NCBI GenBank assembly: GCA_964511945.1
Contig: CAZEHO010000002.1
Coordinates: forward strand, 18,175-82,174
DNA length: 64,000 nt
Source of the DNA: an uncultured Acidimicrobiia bacterium
GTDB lineage: Bacteria > Actinomycetota > Acidimicrobiia > Spongiisociales > UBA11373
Direction of reading: 5' to 3'
Below, piece by piece: positions 36,531 through 48,352 of the stretch (position 1 is the stretch's first letter; each line of letters opens with the position of its first letter). The notes under the pieces were generated by a model. It was not told the origin of the DNA, searched no databases, and worked only from the letters and a program-made list of their open reading frames with translations. Made by a program: the position numbers and the translations under genes.

Positions 36531-37433
36531 GTGCGCAAGTTTGCTCTCCTCTTCCTCGGTTTTGTCGTCGCCGTCTCCGCCTGTTCCGGTGGCAGCGACG
36601 AGATCGGGTCGGTCGGCGACCGGGTGTTCACGATGGCCGACATCGATGAGCTCTACGAGGTCGACACCGTGCCGATAGACCAAAGCTTCCGGGAATCGCT
36701 GTTCCGCGTCATGGCGGTCGAGGCGCTCGAGCAGGCCGTCGCTGCCGACTTCGGCATCACGATCGACCAGGCCCGCATCGACGAGTTGTTCGAGCAGCGA
36801 CTCGGTGAGGTCGAAGCCGCCGGACTCACGGTGGCTGATGCGCTGGGGTTCCCGGGGGCCGGCGACGAGATGCTGCGATTCAACAGCAAGCTCGAGATCC
36901 TCCTCGATGACACGATCACGGCGTTCTTCGCCGACGAGGAGTTCCTCCGCCGCTTCTACGACGAGGAAGGCGACGTCGCTCTCACCTCGGTGTGTGCTCG
37001 CCACATCCTCGTGAACACCGCCGAAGAGGCGGATGCCGCGCTGGCACGGCTCGAAGGCGGTGAGGACTTCGGCACGGTGGCCTCTGAGGTCTCCCTCGAC
37101 ACCGGGTCGCTCCCGGAGGGGAGCCTCGGCTGCGCGCCCGCCGGCAACTACGTGGGTCCGTTCGCCGATGCCACTATCGAGGCACCACTCGGCGAGCTGT
37201 GGGGTCCGGTCGAGACCCAGTTCGGGTTCCACATCATCATCGTCGACGACCGCACCAAGCCGACGTTCGAAGAGGTCGCCGCGGCGCCCGAGACGTATGT
37301 ACCGGCCCAGGCAGCTCAGACCGAGTTTGGCGCCTGGTTCAACACCAAGCTCGAAGAAGCCGACGTCACCCTGGACGAGCAGTACGGGACTTGGACTCCC
37401 ACCGGGATCGTCCCGCCGGCCGGCGAGGAATGA
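36531..37433 (+). CDS. parvulin (PpiC)-type peptidyl-prolyl isomerase lipoprotein (SurA/PrsA-like)
   Basis: GTG at 36531 just after the mfd stop gives a lipoprotein signal (RKFALLFLGFVVAVSACSG). PpiC domain: HILVNTAEEADAAL...FGFHIIIVDD. Confidence 0.8.
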   Translation: MRKFALLFLGFVVAVSACSGGSDEIGSVGDRVFTMADIDELYEVDTVPIDQSFRESLFRVMAVEALEQAVAADFGITIDQARIDELFEQRLGEVEAAGLTVADALGFPGAGDEMLRFNSKLEILLDDTITAFFADEEFLRRFYDEEGDVALTSVCARHILVNTAEEADAALARLEGGEDFGTVASEVSLDTGSLPEGSLGCAPAGNYVGPFADATIEAPLGELWGPVETQFGFHIIIVDDRTKPTFEEVAAAPETYVPAQAAQTEFGAWFNTKLEEADVTLDEQYGTWTPTGIVPPAGEE

Positions 37434-38860
37434 GCCGGATCACCATCGCCGGACTCGGTCCGGCCGGCCTCGGCCGGGTCCCCGCTCAGGTGCGGGATCG
37501 GCTGCTGGACCCCGAGGTTACGGTGATCGTGCGCACCACGAAACATCCGGCCGCGGCCGAACTCGCAGAGCTGCGCGAGGTGATCTCCGCCGACGACCTC
37601 TACGACTCCGCAGAGAACTTCGAGGAGGTGTACCGGGGCATCGCGGATCGGGTTCTGGTCGCTGCCGCCGGAGGTCCGGTGATCTATGCCGTGCCCGGGA
37701 GCCCGCTGGTCGGGGAGCGGGCGGTTGCGCTGCTCCGGGCCGAGTCCGAGGTCACGGTGCTCGGGGGTGAATCCTTCATTGATCTGGTGCTGGCGCGAGC
37801 CGGAGTCGATCCGCTTGCTCGCGGCTTCCAAGTTCTCGACGGCCACGCATTGCCTTACCCGCTGCTGCTCCACCTTCCGACGGTGATCGGGCAGGTCGAT
37901 ACGCCGTATGCTCTGTTCGAGGTCCGCGATGCTCTGCTCACGCTGCTCGACCCCGCCACCGAAGTCTTGGTGCTGCGGGATCTCGGTGATGACGACGAGG
38001 CCGTCGAACGGATTCCGCTCTCGGATCTGGGTGCGGTCCACGCCGGGTTACGTACGTCGCTCTTCCTCGATCCGGTGCCCCCGGGATGGCCCGGATTGGT
38101 GCAGACCAACACCCGGCTGAGGGCCGAATGTCCCTGGGATCGGGAACAGACGCATCACACGCTGGCCACCCACCTGCTCGAAGAGGCTTATGAGACACTC
38201 GAGGCAATCGAGGGACTGCCACCCGATGCGCCGAGCGGCGAGGCCGACGTGCCGGGTTACCTCCATCTCGAGGAGGAACTGGGCGACCTCCTGCTGCAGG
38301 TGGTCTTTCACGCAGTGCTGGCCACCGAAGCCGGCGTCTTCGGGATCGAGGAAGTCGCCGAGGGCATCCGCCGCAAGCTCGTGCATCGTCACCCCCACGT
38401 CTTCGGCGAGGTCGCAGCCGATACCGCCGAGCATGTGAGGGCGAACTGGGAGCTGCTCAAGCAGCAGGAGAAGCAGCGGGAGTCGCTGATGGACGGTGTG
38501 CCTTCGGCGATGCCGGCTCTGTCGCGAGCCCATAAGCTTCAGTCGCGCGCCGCCCAGATCGGGTTCGACTGGCCGGACCTCGACGGGGTCATCGACAAGC
38601 TGCGGGAGGAGATCGACGAACTGGTTGCCGACCTCGATCGACCCGAACGGGCAACCGCCGAACTCGGCGATGTCCTGTTCTCGGTGGTCAATCTGGCACG
38701 GCGTCTGGAGATCGAACCGGAGCAGGCATTGCGGGGAGCAGCTGTTCGATTCGAGCGGCGGTTCCGGGCGATGGAGGAGAGCGGTAGCCTGACCGGGCTC
38801 TCGCTCGAGGAGCTCGATCGCCGGTGGGACGCGGCGAAGGCCGCCGAAACCGACGGGTAG
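37430..38860 (+). CDS. mazG: MazG-family nucleoside triphosphate pyrophosphohydrolase with N-terminal tetrapyrrole-methylase-like domain (YabN-type)
   Basis: ATG at 37430 overlaps the PPIase stop (ATGA). N-domain MSRITIAGLGPAG...IYAVPGSPLVGE, then two MazG EExxE repeats (LEEAYETLEAIE, LGDVLFSVVNLARRL). Confidence 0.85.
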   Translation: MSRITIAGLGPAGLGRVPAQVRDRLLDPEVTVIVRTTKHPAAAELAELREVISADDLYDSAENFEEVYRGIADRVLVAAAGGPVIYAVPGSPLVGERAVALLRAESEVTVLGGESFIDLVLARAGVDPLARGFQVLDGHALPYPLLLHLPTVIGQVDTPYALFEVRDALLTLLDPATEVLVLRDLGDDDEAVERIPLSDLGAVHAGLRTSLFLDPVPPGWPGLVQTNTRLRAECPWDREQTHHTLATHLLEEAYETLEAIEGLPPDAPSGEADVPGYLHLEEELGDLLLQVVFHAVLATEAGVFGIEEVAEGIRRKLVHRHPHVFGEVAADTAEHVRANWELLKQQEKQRESLMDGVPSAMPALSRAHKLQSRAAQIGFDWPDLDGVIDKLREEIDELVADLDRPERATAELGDVLFSVVNLARRLEIEPEQALRGAAVRFERRFRAMEESGSLTGLSLEELDRRWDAAKAAETDG

Positions 38861-40618
<1,758 letters not shown>

Positions 40619-40626
<8 letters not shown>

Positions 40627-41140
40627 CGGCCCGGTCGTCGCAGCCCAACTGGGACGGCCGCTCCGATCCGAGGCAGACGTCGTGGTGCGCTGCCACCTCG
40701 GACTCCCGGTGGTGACGAGGGTCCCACCGCTGCTCGACGACGGCACACCGTTCCCGACCCGGTACTGGCTCTCTTGCCCGCTTGCCGGCAAGCGGGTCGG
40801 CCGTCTCGAGGGAGCCGGGGGTGTCGGCGCGATGGATCGGCGCGTCGCCCGGGTCCCCGAATTTGCGGCCCTTCTCCAGGCGGCCCACGAGCGGTACGCA
40901 TCGGAACGCGATTCGGCGCTGCCGGAGAACGCACACCCGAGCCCGAGCGGCGGGGTCGCCGGATCGTCCGGGGGCGTGAAGTGCCTCCATGCCCACTACG
41001 CCGATCACGCGGCCGGGAACGACAACCCGGTCGGGGAGACGGTTGCCCCATGGGTGGAGCCACTCGACTGTGCGATGCCCTGCGTCGTCGATCGAGGAGA
41101 TGGAGCGATGGCGAACCCGCAATGGCGGGAGCCACGGTGA
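40619..41140 (+). CDS. DUF501 domain protein
   Basis: 173 aa. RCHLGLPVV...RYWLSCP...VKCLHAHYA matches DUF501 (Rv1025-like). Confidence 0.8.
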
Positions 41141-42039
41141 GGGTCGCCGCCGTCGACATCGGGACCAACAGCACCAGGCTGCTGGTCGCGGAGCCGGGCG
41201 AGCCCGGCCTCCGCTGGATCGAGCGGCGAACTGTGGTCACCGGATTGGGCAAGGGCGTCGATGCCGCCGGCCGGCTCTCCCGGGATGCAATCGACCGAAC
41301 CGTCGGCGTCCTCGCCGCCTACGGCGCCGCGATGCGGGGTGCAGGGACGGAGCGCACGCTGGCGGTTGCGACCTCGGCCACTCGCGATGCCGCCAATCGA
41401 GACGAGTTCCTCGACCGTGCCGAGCAAGCACTGGGAATGCGCCCCGAGGTGATCAGCGGTGACACCGAGGCCCGGTTGTCGTTCCGAGGGGCGACCGCCG
41501 GACTGCCCTCCGGCGGGTCGTTTCTGGTGATCGATCCGGGCGGCGGAAGCACCGAATTCGTGTTCGGGACTGCGCTGCCAGAGATGGCTGTGAGCATCGA
41601 CATCGGGTCGGTCCGGATCACGGAACGGTCACTGCCGCACCGTCCGGCATCGACAGCTGATCTCCTGGCTGCAGCCGCCCACGTCGAGTCGCTGTTTGCG
41701 CCGATCGAACTGCCGGGCCTGCCGGATGTGGTCGTAGGGGTCGGCGGGACCTACACCAGCCTCGGCGCGATCGCTCTCGATCTTCCGCAGTACGACCGGC
41801 TTGCGGTACACCACAGCGTGATGAGCGTCGACATGCTCGGGTTGCTGATCACCCGGCTCGGGGAGATGGGCGTCGAGCAGACGGCGGCCATCCCATCGCT
41901 CGACCCGGCTCGGGCACCGGTGATTCTGGGCGGGGCGATCGTTGCCGAGGCGGCGCTGCGCCGGTCCGGGCGACGCGAGATGACCGTGTCGGAATCGGAC
42001 ATCCTCGACGGGATTGCTCTCGAGTTGCTCGACGGGTAG
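41137..42039 (+). CDS. ppx: exopolyphosphatase/guanosine pentaphosphate phosphohydrolase (Ppx/GppA family)
   Basis: GTG at 41137 (GTGA overlap). VAAVDIGTNSTRLLVA...FLVIDPGGGSTEFVFG ASKHA motifs. Confidence 0.85.
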   Translation: MRVAAVDIGTNSTRLLVAEPGEPGLRWIERRTVVTGLGKGVDAAGRLSRDAIDRTVGVLAAYGAAMRGAGTERTLAVATSATRDAANRDEFLDRAEQALGMRPEVISGDTEARLSFRGATAGLPSGGSFLVIDPGGGSTEFVFGTALPEMAVSIDIGSVRITERSLPHRPASTADLLAAAAHVESLFAPIELPGLPDVVVGVGGTYTSLGAIALDLPQYDRLAVHHSVMSVDMLGLLITRLGEMGVEQTAAIPSLDPARAPVILGGAIVAEAALRRSGRREMTVSESDILDGIALELLDG

Positions 42040-42639
42040 CTACCGCCGCGGCTCGACGGGCATTCGTCCCTCGGCCGACGCTCGCAGGGCGTGTTCCATG
42101 ACCGAGCCGTGGAATCGATCGGGGAGGTCGAGGTCGATCCGGATCAGCCCGTCGACGTAGTCGAGTTCGGCGCCGAGTGCTTGCAGCCCTTCGATCACGT
42201 GACGGTTCTCGGTGAGCGCCCAGGATCGGAACACGTCGATTCCATTGCGGCGTGCGGCTTCGATCAGGTGATCGAGCAGCAGGCTGCCGATCCCACGGCC
42301 GTGCATGTCGTCGACCACGGCGACGGCGGCCTCGGCGACGTGGGGGTCGACCGGATCCCGCACATAGCGGGCGATGCCGAGCCCGGGCTGGCCGGGTTCG
42401 TCGATTGCGAGCGCCCCGCTCGCGTAGTGGCTCGTGTAGTCGATCTCGGTCAGATAGCGGAGTTCGCGCTGGGTGAGCTCTTTGACCGGGCGGAGGAACC
42501 GGCGGTACCGGGACTCGGGGGAGAGCCGCTCGAGGCCCTCGACCAGCTTGTCCTTGTCGTCCGGCCGGATCGGCCGGATCAGGATGCGAGTGCCGTCGCG
42601 GAGCGTCTCGATGAACTCCTCGGCTGGGGGTTCGGTCAT
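42040..42639 (-). CDS. GNAT-family N-acetyltransferase
   Basis: 199 aa, HGRGIGSLLLDHLIEAARRNGI acetyl-CoA-binding motif. Confidence 0.8.
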   Translation of the reverse strand: MTEPPAEEFIETLRDGTRILIRPIRPDDKDKLVEGLERLSPESRYRRFLRPVKELTQRELRYLTEIDYTSHYASGALAIDEPGQPGLGIARYVRDPVDPHVAEAAVAVVDDMHGRGIGSLLLDHLIEAARRNGIDVFRSWALTENRHVIEGLQALGAELDYVDGLIRIDLDLPDRFHGSVMEHALRASAEGRMPVEPRR

Positions 42640-42674
42640 ACTCGCAGCCTACGGACGGATACAGTTTGTCGTGC

Positions 42675-42760
42675 GCCCGGGTGGCGAAACTGGCAGGCGC
42701 GGCGGACTTAAACTCCGCTGTCCCTTCGGGGGCGTGAGGGTTCGAATCCCTCCCCGGGCA
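42675..42760 (+). tRNA. tRNA-Leu (anticodon TAA)
   Basis: Acceptor GCCCGGG/CCCGGGC, anticodon loop CTTAAAC, long variable arm, T-loop TTCGAAT, discriminator A. Hand-folded. CCA not encoded. Confidence 0.75.
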
Positions 42761-43150
42761 CAAGACGTCTGGTCAAGGGCCGCGGCCCAGAAGGGTGCTT
42801 TCCACGAGGCTGCCGGGATCGTCGGATGGGTTGATTCGATGGGGGAGCAACCGCTGCGAGCGGAGCGGGTCGCTTCGGTCGATTCCGCTCTCGACGGAAT
42901 GAAGGCCGATACCGGTGCCGAGTTGAACATCGGCGAACTCCAGGAGACAACCGTGAACGGTCACCTCTATGTCTTCCGGGAGTGGGACGGCGTGATCGAG
43001 GGCGAGCCGGGTCGAGGGATTTCCGGCGTCGGTTCGTGCGATGGGCGCGTCGTCGTACAAGGCTCGCAACCGACCATTCCCCCGCAGGGGTGCGGAGCGA
43101 CTTTGAGATGCTCATTGCTTCGATCGTCCGTCAGTCCTGACCTCGAACAC

Positions 43151-45769
43151 CTACCGGATCTCGCCGCTGCTCCGCATCCGATCGAGTTCGGCCCGGATCA
43201 TTCCCCTTGATTTCGAGAGCCAGTTGGCCAGCCCCGCCTCGGAGGCCGGGTTGCTTCCGTTCTGGTTCGCGGCCAGCCTCCTCCGCTCGGTAGCCGTCCA
43301 GGTCGTGGTCAGGAATGAGGACCGCAGGAGTTCGATCTCGTACTTGCAGCCCTTCTCGCACTCGCGGGCTTCGTTCACCCATTCGACGAACCTGTCGAAG
43401 TGACGGTCGCGGAACTCGCAGCCGTGGTTCATCACCGAGGATTTGTCGTCCTCATGCCCGTAGATGTGCCAGATGAAGCCCGGCAGGTAGTTCTCGAAGA
43501 AGCCGGACACCCCGTCGGTGTGGTACTCGTCGAAACACCCCAGCACGTGACCGAACTCGTGAGTGAGGGTCTTCTCGTCGGTGAACTGATCGACGTTCAC
43601 GTCCTCCATCACATTGGGTCGTCGTTCCTCGTCCTCGACATCGATGGTGTGGTGCTCTCCGGAACTCACCTCGACGATGCGCACCTGGATAGGAACCCGG
43701 GGGCAGCAGGGTGCCGACGGATCAGAGGTGCAGACCAGGGCGGCGGCACCGTCCCAATGGCCGACGGCCTTGTCGAACCGCTGACGGAAAGCGCGCCGCG
43801 CCTCGGCGCTGATGCCGTCGGCGTATTCGAACTTGACCTTCACGGTGATGACCATTCGGCAGTTCTCCTCGTCGAACACCGCATCGAAGTCGCCGGAGAA
43901 CATGCCCCCGAGGTCGGTGTCGGTCTCTTCGAGTTTTAGCCAGTGGTAACAATCCCAGTAGGACTGGAAGGTGTCTTCCTCCCCGAAGTCGAGCACGTCT
44001 TCGAATGCGTCGAGCCCGCCGAGTGAGTTCACCGCGACGTTGAAAAGCCAAACCGCATCACCGCGCGGCTCCGACCTGAACAGCTCTCGGATGGTCGAGA
44101 TGATCGCTTCCTGATTGGCCTCGGAGTCGTCCTGCATGAGCCGTGACAACCGGTTCTTCAGCAGCCTGAGGTCCTCGCCGAGCCGCTGTGTGATCGGGGG
44201 CTCGGGCTCGGGGGCCGGTTGGATGGAGCCACCGATACCGCCATCAGTGTCTCCGCTGCCATTGCTCGCGTTGTTGTCTTTGGCCGGCTGCGGCTCCGGT
44301 TCCGGCTTGACCCGCGACCAGAGCCACCACCCACCGAAGCCGATGAAGACCAGTGCCACGAGGATCCACACGACCGGCGGGATTCCGCCGCCACCGCCGT
44401 CGGTGGTGGCTTGCCCTTCGTCTTCCCCGACGGGAGTGTCCTCAGGGGTCGGCTCCGGGTCGGGCTCCGGGGTCACCGCAGGCTCGTCCGCGGGCGTCAC
44501 GGCCGGCTCGGGAGGGGATTCTCGGGTGTTGGTGATCGTGCAGGTCACCTCGTCGCCGGGCGCGACCTCGAAACTGGCGCCACCGGCACCGGAATCACCG
44601 GTCGAGCATTCGACCGTCGGTTCCAGCCACCCCTCGGGCACCTCCTCTCCAACGCCGTACGTGCCCGGTGCCAGTTCGGCGCTCCCGATCTCGCCGTCGC
44701 CGAGCGCGAACGGGCCGATCGTCTCGTCCGAGTCGAACCCGGTGACGTCCACCACGAAGACGTCGTCGGTCGGCTCGCCTTCGATCTCCTTGATGATCGT
44801 CAGGAGCGCCGGCTCTGGCTCCGGTTCACCGGACCCGACCGCTACGACTTCTTCGATCGGAAAGAACTCGGTGAGGTCTGCCGGAGCTGTGGATCCGACT
44901 GCGGTGGCCTCGGTGAAGAGCGGCGGGAACGTCTCGAAGTCGAAGGTGCGGACGCCGGTGATCCCCGCAAGATCGGCGCCGGAGATCAACTGGACGAAGC
45001 CGTGCCGCCCAACGGCGTCGGCCGCATTGATCCCCATTTCGGTGAATCGACCGTTGTCGAGCACCCGAGCCGAGGGGCCAATCAGTTCGCCGTTGATGCA
45101 ATTGGAGACGACCGCAAGATTGCCGTTGAAGAACGAGTCGTTGAACACCTCCGGGCTGGCACCGGTGTTTTCGTCCCATACGAGGCCGGGGAGCCGCGCG
45201 ACGACGCCTCGATCGACGTGGCTCGCGGCGCACCCGGGGTCGGGCCGCGGGTTGCTGTGCCCGAAGATGAAGACCGGCCGCCCTTCGGTCGGGGTGAAGG
45301 GTCCACCGGACACGCGGACACCGTACTCCTCGTCGAACGCTCCGAGCTCGAAGACCATGACCTGGTCGGTCGGAGAGAGCGGGGGGAGTTCCGTCCCTTC
45401 GAGTGGAACGGTTTCGACGCCGACGGCCATGCTCGTGGTGGGGTCGAAGCCGAGGTCGATCACTTCGTCGTGCGGGTTGATCACCACCGCAAAGGTGGCG
45501 CCGATCTGCACCGTTTCGGCTACCTCGGCGGGGACCTGGACCTCACCCTTGAACGGGTTGTAGACCGGCGAATCCACCATCCGGTAGAGAGCCGGGCAGC
45601 CGGGTGGGGGACCGGGGAGTTCGTCGGGTGGAAGGTTGAGGAAGTCCTCGAGTTGTGTGTTGAGGCAGTCCACTGCCGGATCGAGTACGACGACTTGAGC
45701 GGCAGTCCCGGTTGCCGGAGCGATCACCCCGACCAGCAGCAACACGATCGCCAGACGCACCCAACGCAT
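43151..45769 (-). CDS. large membrane-anchored protein: signal peptide, extracellular domain with SpaA/prealbumin-like fold, Pro/Glu/Thr linker, single TM, cytoplasmic HExxH zincin-like domain
   Basis: 872 aa. MRWVRLAIVLLLVGVIAPATGTAAQ signal. An EVTCTITNT Ig-like module. PEPAVTPADEPAVTPEPDPEPTPE linker. TM IPPVVWILVALVFIGFGGWWLW followed by SRVK (positive-inside). C-terminal LTHEFGHVLGCFDEYH motif. Confidence 0.7.
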   Translation of the reverse strand: MRWVRLAIVLLLVGVIAPATGTAAQVVVLDPAVDCLNTQLEDFLNLPPDELPGPPPGCPALYRMVDSPVYNPFKGEVQVPAEVAETVQIGATFAVVINPHDEVIDLGFDPTTSMAVGVETVPLEGTELPPLSPTDQVMVFELGAFDEEYGVRVSGGPFTPTEGRPVFIFGHSNPRPDPGCAASHVDRGVVARLPGLVWDENTGASPEVFNDSFFNGNLAVVSNCINGELIGPSARVLDNGRFTEMGINAADAVGRHGFVQLISGADLAGITGVRTFDFETFPPLFTEATAVGSTAPADLTEFFPIEEVVAVGSGEPEPEPALLTIIKEIEGEPTDDVFVVDVTGFDSDETIGPFALGDGEIGSAELAPGTYGVGEEVPEGWLEPTVECSTGDSGAGGASFEVAPGDEVTCTITNTRESPPEPAVTPADEPAVTPEPDPEPTPEDTPVGEDEGQATTDGGGGGIPPVVWILVALVFIGFGGWWLWSRVKPEPEPQPAKDNNASNGSGDTDGGIGGSIQPAPEPEPPITQRLGEDLRLLKNRLSRLMQDDSEANQEAIISTIRELFRSEPRGDAVWLFNVAVNSLGGLDAFEDVLDFGEEDTFQSYWDCYHWLKLEETDTDLGGMFSGDFDAVFDEENCRMVITVKVKFEYADGISAEARRAFRQRFDKAVGHWDGAAALVCTSDPSAPCCPRVPIQVRIVEVSSGEHHTIDVEDEERRPNVMEDVNVDQFTDEKTLTHEFGHVLGCFDEYHTDGVSGFFENYLPGFIWHIYGHEDDKSSVMNHGCEFRDRHFDRFVEWVNEARECEKGCKYEIELLRSSFLTTTWTATERRRLAANQNGSNPASEAGLANWLSKSRGMIRAELDRMRSSGEIR

Positions 45770-45851
45770 GGTTCCCCTCCCGCGAATGAGCGGTCACACC
45801 ATAGGGGAGGGTGCCGATCAGTGCCCGCGACGCCCCGCCTAGCATCGGCGG

Positions 45852-47087
45852 ATGCCTGCCACCGTCGTCCTTCTCGGAACCCTCGACACCAAAGGCCTGG
45901 AGTACGCGTACCTGCGGGATGAGGTGACCGCCGCCGGGTGTGACGTGGTCATGGTCAATGCCGGGATCCTGGGAGATCCGGAGTACCCGGTCGATTTCAG
46001 CCGTCGCGATGTCGCCGAGGCCGCCGGCGCCGACCTCGATGAGCTTGCCGCCTCGGGGGACCGTGGTGCCGCCGTGACCACCATGGCGGAAGGCGCTGCG
46101 GCGATCTGTACCCGGTTGCACGCCGAAGGCCGGCTCGACGGAATCCTGGGTGCCGGTGGGTCCGGAGGCACCTCGATCATCAGCCGGGCGATGCGGGGAC
46201 TCCCGGTCGGCGTGCCGAAGATGCTCGTCTCGACAATGGGAGCCGGCGACACCCGTCCCTTCGTTGGTGCTCGCGACATCGCCATGATGTTCTCGGTGGT
46301 CGACATCGCCGGGATCAACGCGATCTCCCGTCAGATCCTGGGGAATGCGGCTGCCGGGATGGCGGCAATGGCCACCGCAGACCGAAACCGCGGGGAACAT
46401 GCTGGGGAGCGACCGCTGATCGGGGCCACCATGTACGGGGCGACAACGCCGTGCGTCGATGCGGCTCGGGCCTGGATGGAGGAGGCCGGATACGAGGTCC
46501 TCGTGTTTCATGCCACCGGCACCGGGGGGCGTTCGATGGAGGCCTTGATGGCCAGCGGCCACATCACCGGTGCTCTCGATATCACCACCGTGGAGTTGCT
46601 CGACGAGATCACCGGGGGAGTGTTCACTGCAGGTCCGGCGCGCCTCGAGATCGCCGGCCGGCTGGGACTGCCCCAGGTGGTCACGGTCGGCGCTGCCGAC
46701 ATGATTGCGTTCTCGCCTCCCGAAACCCTCCCGCCGGAGTGGCGGGAGACCCGCACCCTGTATCAACACAATCCGCACGTGACGCTGGTGCGCAGCACGC
46801 CCGACGAGGCCGCTGCCTTCGGCCGGCTCGTCGCCGAGAAGCTCAATGCGGCAACCGGGCCCCTGACCGTGTTCATCCCGCTCCAAGCGACTTCTTCGTA
46901 TGCCGTGGCCGGCGGGGTCTTTCACGATCCGGTCGCCGACTCGGCCCTGTTCGATGCCGTACGGGATGGGCTCGATCCGTCGGTTGAGCTGATCGAGATC
47001 GACGCGGAGATCAATGATCCCGCCTTCGGGGAGGCCATGGCCCGCCGTCTCGATGAGCACTACCGGGCCTGGTCGCAAGAGCGGTGA
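45852..47087 (+). CDS. UPF0261 (Tm-1-like) family protein
   Basis: VVLLGTLDTKGLEYAYL...GILGAGGSGGTSI matches UPF0261. Confidence 0.85.
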   Translation: MPATVVLLGTLDTKGLEYAYLRDEVTAAGCDVVMVNAGILGDPEYPVDFSRRDVAEAAGADLDELAASGDRGAAVTTMAEGAAAICTRLHAEGRLDGILGAGGSGGTSIISRAMRGLPVGVPKMLVSTMGAGDTRPFVGARDIAMMFSVVDIAGINAISRQILGNAAAGMAAMATADRNRGEHAGERPLIGATMYGATTPCVDAARAWMEEAGYEVLVFHATGTGGRSMEALMASGHITGALDITTVELLDEITGGVFTAGPARLEIAGRLGLPQVVTVGAADMIAFSPPETLPPEWRETRTLYQHNPHVTLVRSTPDEAAAFGRLVAEKLNAATGPLTVFIPLQATSSYAVAGGVFHDPVADSALFDAVRDGLDPSVELIEIDAEINDPAFGEAMARRLDEHYRAWSQER

Positions 47088-47366
47088 CGCGTTCCGCGAT
47101 GGCCCGTTATTGAGGTCGGAAGCCCCTAACCAGATCGGCTCGGACACCCGTAGGTTGCCCCCATGTTCGAGACCGTTTCGGGGCTGCGGCCGGCTGAACT
47201 CCTCGTGACGTTCCGGCGACCCCCGCGCGTACCGCTCCCGTTTGACGCCGCCGCCGGGGCGTGCGTATCATCGATTATCGATGGCTAAGCGACTTCACTC
47301 CCGCAGGTCTGGGACGCCCCTGGGGGCGCTCACCGACCTCTCCCATCACTCCGGAGCCGGACGCTG

Positions 47367-48350
47367 ATGTTTGTCGTCGACCGGCTCAAGGCTCAGGGTG
47401 ATCGTCTTCGGAAGCTTGATCGCAACACCCAGGTTGGCTCGGCAATCGGGGTCATCTTCTTCTTGTGGCTGGTGTTCACCGCCGGCCTGAACAAGTCGGT
47501 GGTGATCGGTTTGACCGAGCATGCCCCTCTGGTCCTGGCGGCGATGGGATTCGCTCTGCTGTACCGGCTGAACGGCATCATCAACGTTGGCTATGCCGAG
47601 ACGGTGACGCTGGGCGCCTACTTCGGCATGGCGATGAACAACAACTGGGGCTGGAACTTCTATGTGGTCCTGATCCCGGCCAGCATCATCGCCGGGCTGG
47701 TCAGTGTTGCCACATACCTGTTCATCTTCCGTCCGGCCAAGCAGCGCAACGTCGGGATGCTCGAGATGATCCTCATCTCGTTCGGCCTCTCGATCTTCCT
47801 GCGCCACACCCTGCAGTTCGTGTTCGGCTACCCGGTCCGGTTCTTCGACGTTCCGGCTCCGACCCGGCTCGAGGTGCTCGGCGTCGGCGTATCACTCTTC
47901 CGCATGGTGGCGCTCATCAGCGTGATCGTGCTGGCGCTCGCGCTCTACTACTTCATTCAGCGCTCCACCTACGGTCTGCAGATCCGGGCGCTGGCAAACG
48001 ATGAGGACCTGGCCCAGGCCAGTGGCATCCGGCCCCTGGCGGTCACTGTGATGATCTGGTTCATCGCCGGAATCGCCGGCGGAATGGCCGGAGCGTTCTA
48101 CGGGGTCGGCTCCAATATCGCCCCGCTGCTTGGCTGGCGGCAGTTCCTCTTCATCCTGCTGGTGGTCCTGGTGGGCGGCGCCCGCAGTATCGGGGGCGTG
48201 ATCATCGCCGGTATCGGTACCGGTATCGCTCTCGCCGCGATGACGCTGCAGTTCGGCCAGGTGCTGTACGGCCAGCTCATCCTGATCACCGCTTTTGTCG
48301 TCATCCTCAAGGTGCGCAGCCTGCGTACCGCCGACACGGGGAAGGTGTAG
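47367..48350 (+). CDS. branched-chain-amino-acid-type ABC transporter permease (LivH family)
   Basis: 327 aa, ~9 TM. First gene of the permease-permease-ATPase-ATPase-SBP cluster. Confidence 0.85.
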   Translation: MFVVDRLKAQGDRLRKLDRNTQVGSAIGVIFFLWLVFTAGLNKSVVIGLTEHAPLVLAAMGFALLYRLNGIINVGYAETVTLGAYFGMAMNNNWGWNFYVVLIPASIIAGLVSVATYLFIFRPAKQRNVGMLEMILISFGLSIFLRHTLQFVFGYPVRFFDVPAPTRLEVLGVGVSLFRMVALISVIVLALALYYFIQRSTYGLQIRALANDEDLAQASGIRPLAVTVMIWFIAGIAGGMAGAFYGVGSNIAPLLGWRQFLFILLVVLVGGARSIGGVIIAGIGTGIALAAMTLQFGQVLYGQLILITAFVVILKVRSLRTADTGKV

Positions 48351-48352
48351 TC

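Noticed and set aside
45543-47147. 534-aa minus-strand ORF antisense to the UPF0261 gene
   Set aside because: Low-complexity antisense translation; the plus-strand UPF0261 gene is well supported.
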